Source: Klebsormidium nitens
Lineage: Eukaryota; Plantae; Klebsormidiophyceae
NCBI GenBank assembly: GCA_000708835.1
Contig: DF237094.1
Span: forward strand, 109,045 to 173,044
Reading direction: 5' to 3'
DNA length: 64,000 nt
Every line of letters begins with the position of its first letter. The first letter of the stretch is position 1. Shown here in pieces: positions 60,901 to 64,000 of this stretch. The position numbers and the translations under genes were made by a program. The notes below the pieces were generated by a model. It was not told the origin of the DNA. It searched no databases and was given only the letters and a program-made list of their open reading frames with translations.

Positions 60901-63373
60901 TTGTAAAAAAACGGAGCAAGATAGATGGTGCTGAACTCCCGGCCGTCCAGCTTCTCTCGACCCATGTTCAAACCCTTTCCTGCCTATGCTTTTGGCTCTG
61001 CTTTTGCCTCTACTTTTCGAGACACCCGGGTCTGTTAGATCCGACAGAGCGTAATAAGCTGGTGACTTCTTGAGAAATATTCCGTCGAGCAGTGCCAACA
61101 TTTTCCGCTCTCAGAGAACAAAACTGGCATGACCAGAGATGACGTCAGCGGCTCACCGTGAGTTGCTTTGACAGGCGGTACCAGCGTAGCGATGCGCGCA
61201 GCGTTCGGAACTCGGTCTTGGCGGTCTGCTGCCCGCTGAATGCGAGCTGGGCCCACTTCTCAATCTCCACTTCGGCTCTGCATGCAGGGGAGCAATCCTG
61301 CTCGTCATTAGGGACCTCAAAAAGAATAGAGGCGCGGAGATTGCGGTGGCGGTTTGCTGCTTTGGTCCTTTTCCCGATGGCGACTTCGAGGTTTGAGAGC
61401 TTCGACCCTAAAACCTATGAGCAGTAAACTCCTAAAACCCTGGAACCCCAGGACCCTAAAACCTAGTCCCGGACGAGAGTTGCAGACTCTTGTTCCTTGC
61501 ATCCGAGGCGCTCGTATGTTGCTCAAACGTTTTCGCATCAAAGGGCACACATTTCGCCCCGCCTTGATCACGCTCTTTCGCACTGGGCTTTCGAGACGGG
61601 GAGCGTTAAAAGTCACCCTACCATTCGTTGCAGAAGCGACTGATTAAGGTTTGTGTCAAGGAGCGAAGAAATGAGCTGCGGGCAGCAAGCGTAACCCGGC
61701 CAGACTCCTTTCTCTGTCGACCTCATATTCGTGCATTTGAAACTTACCAACCTTGGACGTGAGTCGGAACGTTTCGAGGCATGCTAAGAAAGGTTCCATG
61801 TTCCATGCGGACGATGCCTGTTGGTATAATGCAGCAAACAGTAAGTAAAGGACTCTGCTTTTGTAGAGTCCTTTTTCCGAATCTGACTCGTTGTTGAGAG
61901 ATAACGGACTCTGAGATTTTGCAGACCCTAGAAGCAAGAGAAAGGGACAATTCTGACCTCGCTTGCAGCTCCCGTTGCCCTGTTATCTCTAGGAGCATGG
62001 TTGAAGGGAAGAAGCAGCGGCACACGTCTTGCAGAGTCCCGAGCTGGCCGCTCAAGGTCGAGCGACTGGAAGGAGAAGGGAGGAGCCACACGTCAGCATG
62101 TCATCAGGAGCAGGACGTCCCAAGTCAGCACCTCATGTCGTGCAGTGACGTGTTTCAAAAGTAAAGGATCGACCAACTGCCAAAGGCAACGGCCGAGCCA
62201 CTCATAAAAAGGTAGTCGCTTTCCAACTCCAGTGTCTCCGTTGAGCTCTCTGACAAAACGACTTGAAATCCTTGAAGGGATCGTATGAGGTGCTGGGTCG
62301 AGCAAGTGACAGCGATTGGCCAAAGGAGGGGGGAAGGATGCACGGCAGCTTGTCTGCAGAGATCGCTTGGGTGGCGGCTGGAGATTACAAAGAAGACCGG
62401 GCGCGTCCAGCGACTGCTGAAGAAGCCTCCAGCGCTTTTTTTGGGCTGAAGTGCTGACAATTTCGACTTCAAGTCAATGCTACTACAGAAGCTCACGGAA
62501 CGGAGAATTAATCCTTGGCGCCTGGGCTATGGCCATACTGTACTAGTCCACAAAAGATGAACAGCTGTTCCAAAGTGCGGTAGTTCGACTTCAGACAGTC
62601 CTGATTGAAGGCCTTAATCATTGTCTGACGGAGGCTCTCTCCCAGCAGCCTCGTCGGTGCTCTTTATACATAGCTTTGAAGCCAAAATTTTCGTCATTTG
62701 GAGGGCAGCTTTCAGTGTTGCTTCGCACATAAACAACCTGATTTAGGTCAGCTGAATGATTGCCATTCATCAGAGTGAAGGTTGTTAAGAAAGCTGTGGA
62801 GCTAGTCTCCGTGTGTTAATCCAGCATTCATATCAACCAGCCAATTGGATTTGGGGCAAAACTCAAGCCAGAAGCGTAGATGCCTGGGAAGAAGTCCACA
62901 ATCGAACACCCACTGGTGGTGCAACTTCAGTACAGCCGAATCAGAGTAAGCAACAGAAAGGCTTTCAGTGACCAGATTAGCAACAGTGTTGTCAATGCTG
63001 ATTCCCTGGTAAACTGCAGCGCTCACCTTCGCACCATCTGGCTCGTGATCACAGTGATCTTCGCAAGGCTGTTGGTGGGGAGCTCGCACGTCTTGGCCGC
63101 AGTCGCCTGCCAGAGTTCCAAGTCGCGCATTGCCCCAATGAGCTGCGCAATTGTGTCGTGCACCTGTGAACAGACCGCCTGCAACCTCTCCTCAACTTTT
63201 TCATAGTCCTCGCCATGCACCTTCCAACGCTTGCGGTCAAGAGCTGCCTCATAGTCGCTCAGAGGAATGTCCAGTTCCGGGCTGCTGCTGAGAGAAACTG
63301 GGGAAGTTTCTGCGTTTGTGATCGCTTCCGGATCCATGTCGGAAGCTCTCTCTAAATTACTTGTCTGGGCCAT
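57964..63373 (-). CDS. Large hypothetical coiled-coil/disordered protein. Supported exons 61277-61157, 60510-58745, 58231-58105, 58002-57964; probable first exon 63373-63027; extra exons between 61278 and 63026 possible
   Basis: 1766-nt open exon with cag acceptor. In-phase joins give ..LSKQLT|DGVMQQIHQTRVRKLRARIGDLERRNRGLRGQLAWEKK and ..QHLQSLYE|ERIQSLHAFYEKLLQ..GSFS|TPSRLNRLEDFL*. Exon 63373-63027 ends in phase 2 at gtgagc, matching the phase of exon 61277. Confidence 0.65.
58887..58994 (-). repeat. 54-bp coding tandem repeat (18 aa), 2 copies plus a partial
   Basis: NATEREFSSEPTVTDRPR / NATERGFSSVPTITERPG / VTERG. Confidence 0.85.
61406..61466. repeat. Degenerate interstitial telomere-like cluster (CCCTAAAA/CCTAAAA units)
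   Basis: ccctaaaacct, cctaaaaccc and ccctaaaacct within 60 bp of an intron. Confidence 0.45.
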
Positions 63374-64000
63374 ACTAACTTGAAAGCTAGGTAATCATGA
63401 GCAGGTCTTTGCAGCGAGTCGTTAAGCTAAGACTAGCCACGATTGGAAAGCCTGCTGCATTTGAAAGAGGTTGAGTAATTGCTGATCATGGACTCTCTTT
63501 CATCAGAAGCTGGACTCACTTTAGCATTTATTCTCCCACAACGTGCTTCCTTTCGTAGTATAGCTCATGAATGTTCCCGGCGTATCTCTTTTCATCAACA
63601 AGGCCAAGAAGGATGTTGCAGAATACCGAACCAGCTCCTAATTACTTCGGGAGCTTCAACTTCAGAGCGGCAACTCTTAAAGGTGCCCTGCTCAGAAGCT
63701 GCTGAAGGCTGTGAAGCTGTCCACAGCCTTTAATTGGTCGAACTCCCCTAAATCGGCGATCCAAAACCCTAATACTCGTGGGATGGAATTGCGAAGACGT
63801 CTTCATGCATAACTCGAGCTTAGCTCCATCTTTTTGAGATCCGTCTTTTGCATGTGGAAGGACACAACAAAAGTTGCCCCTGAAGTTCTAGTCTGCAAAA
63901 TATAGTAGCTCGAAGTACCTGCTATGACGTGGTGAAACATGCGTTTTGGGGCGTTTTTGCGCAGGACGCGCTTTTGCGTATCGGGCCCCGGGGACCACTA

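Overview
Intron-rich eukaryotic genomic DNA with GT-AG introns and a 275-N gap at 48194-48468. Gene content and style suggest a streptophyte green alga such as Klebsormidium; this is inference, not a database result. Genes from left to right: the 3' part of an HCF107/Mbb1-like HAT-repeat gene; a universal-stress-protein-domain gene; a low-complexity coiled-coil gene; a DUF3253 gene head-to-head with a complete 16-exon SSRP1 (FACT) gene; a roughly 6-kb tandem duplication (2 full units plus a truncated third) holding dead copies of the last SSRP1 exon and two intact, intronless 4x(CxxC-x22-CxxC) zinc-finger ORFs; a secreted modular enzyme (signal peptide, CBM-like beta-sandwich, three 6-Cys repeats, Pro/Thr stalk, beta-porphyranase/agarase-type GH16 domain) broken by a frameshift at a G13 run; a repeat-rich zone with a perfect 30-bp inverted repeat and two inverted-repeat elements that read as complete introns; a small two-exon gene; and a large coiled-coil/disordered gene. 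The most pervasive unexplained structure is 'exon echoes': decaying tandem copies of exon ends plus their splice sites inside neighbouring introns of several unrelated genes. The palindrome TGACGTCA is also strongly over-represented. All exon models were read by eye from frame and splice signals. No tRNA, rRNA or CRISPR array was found.
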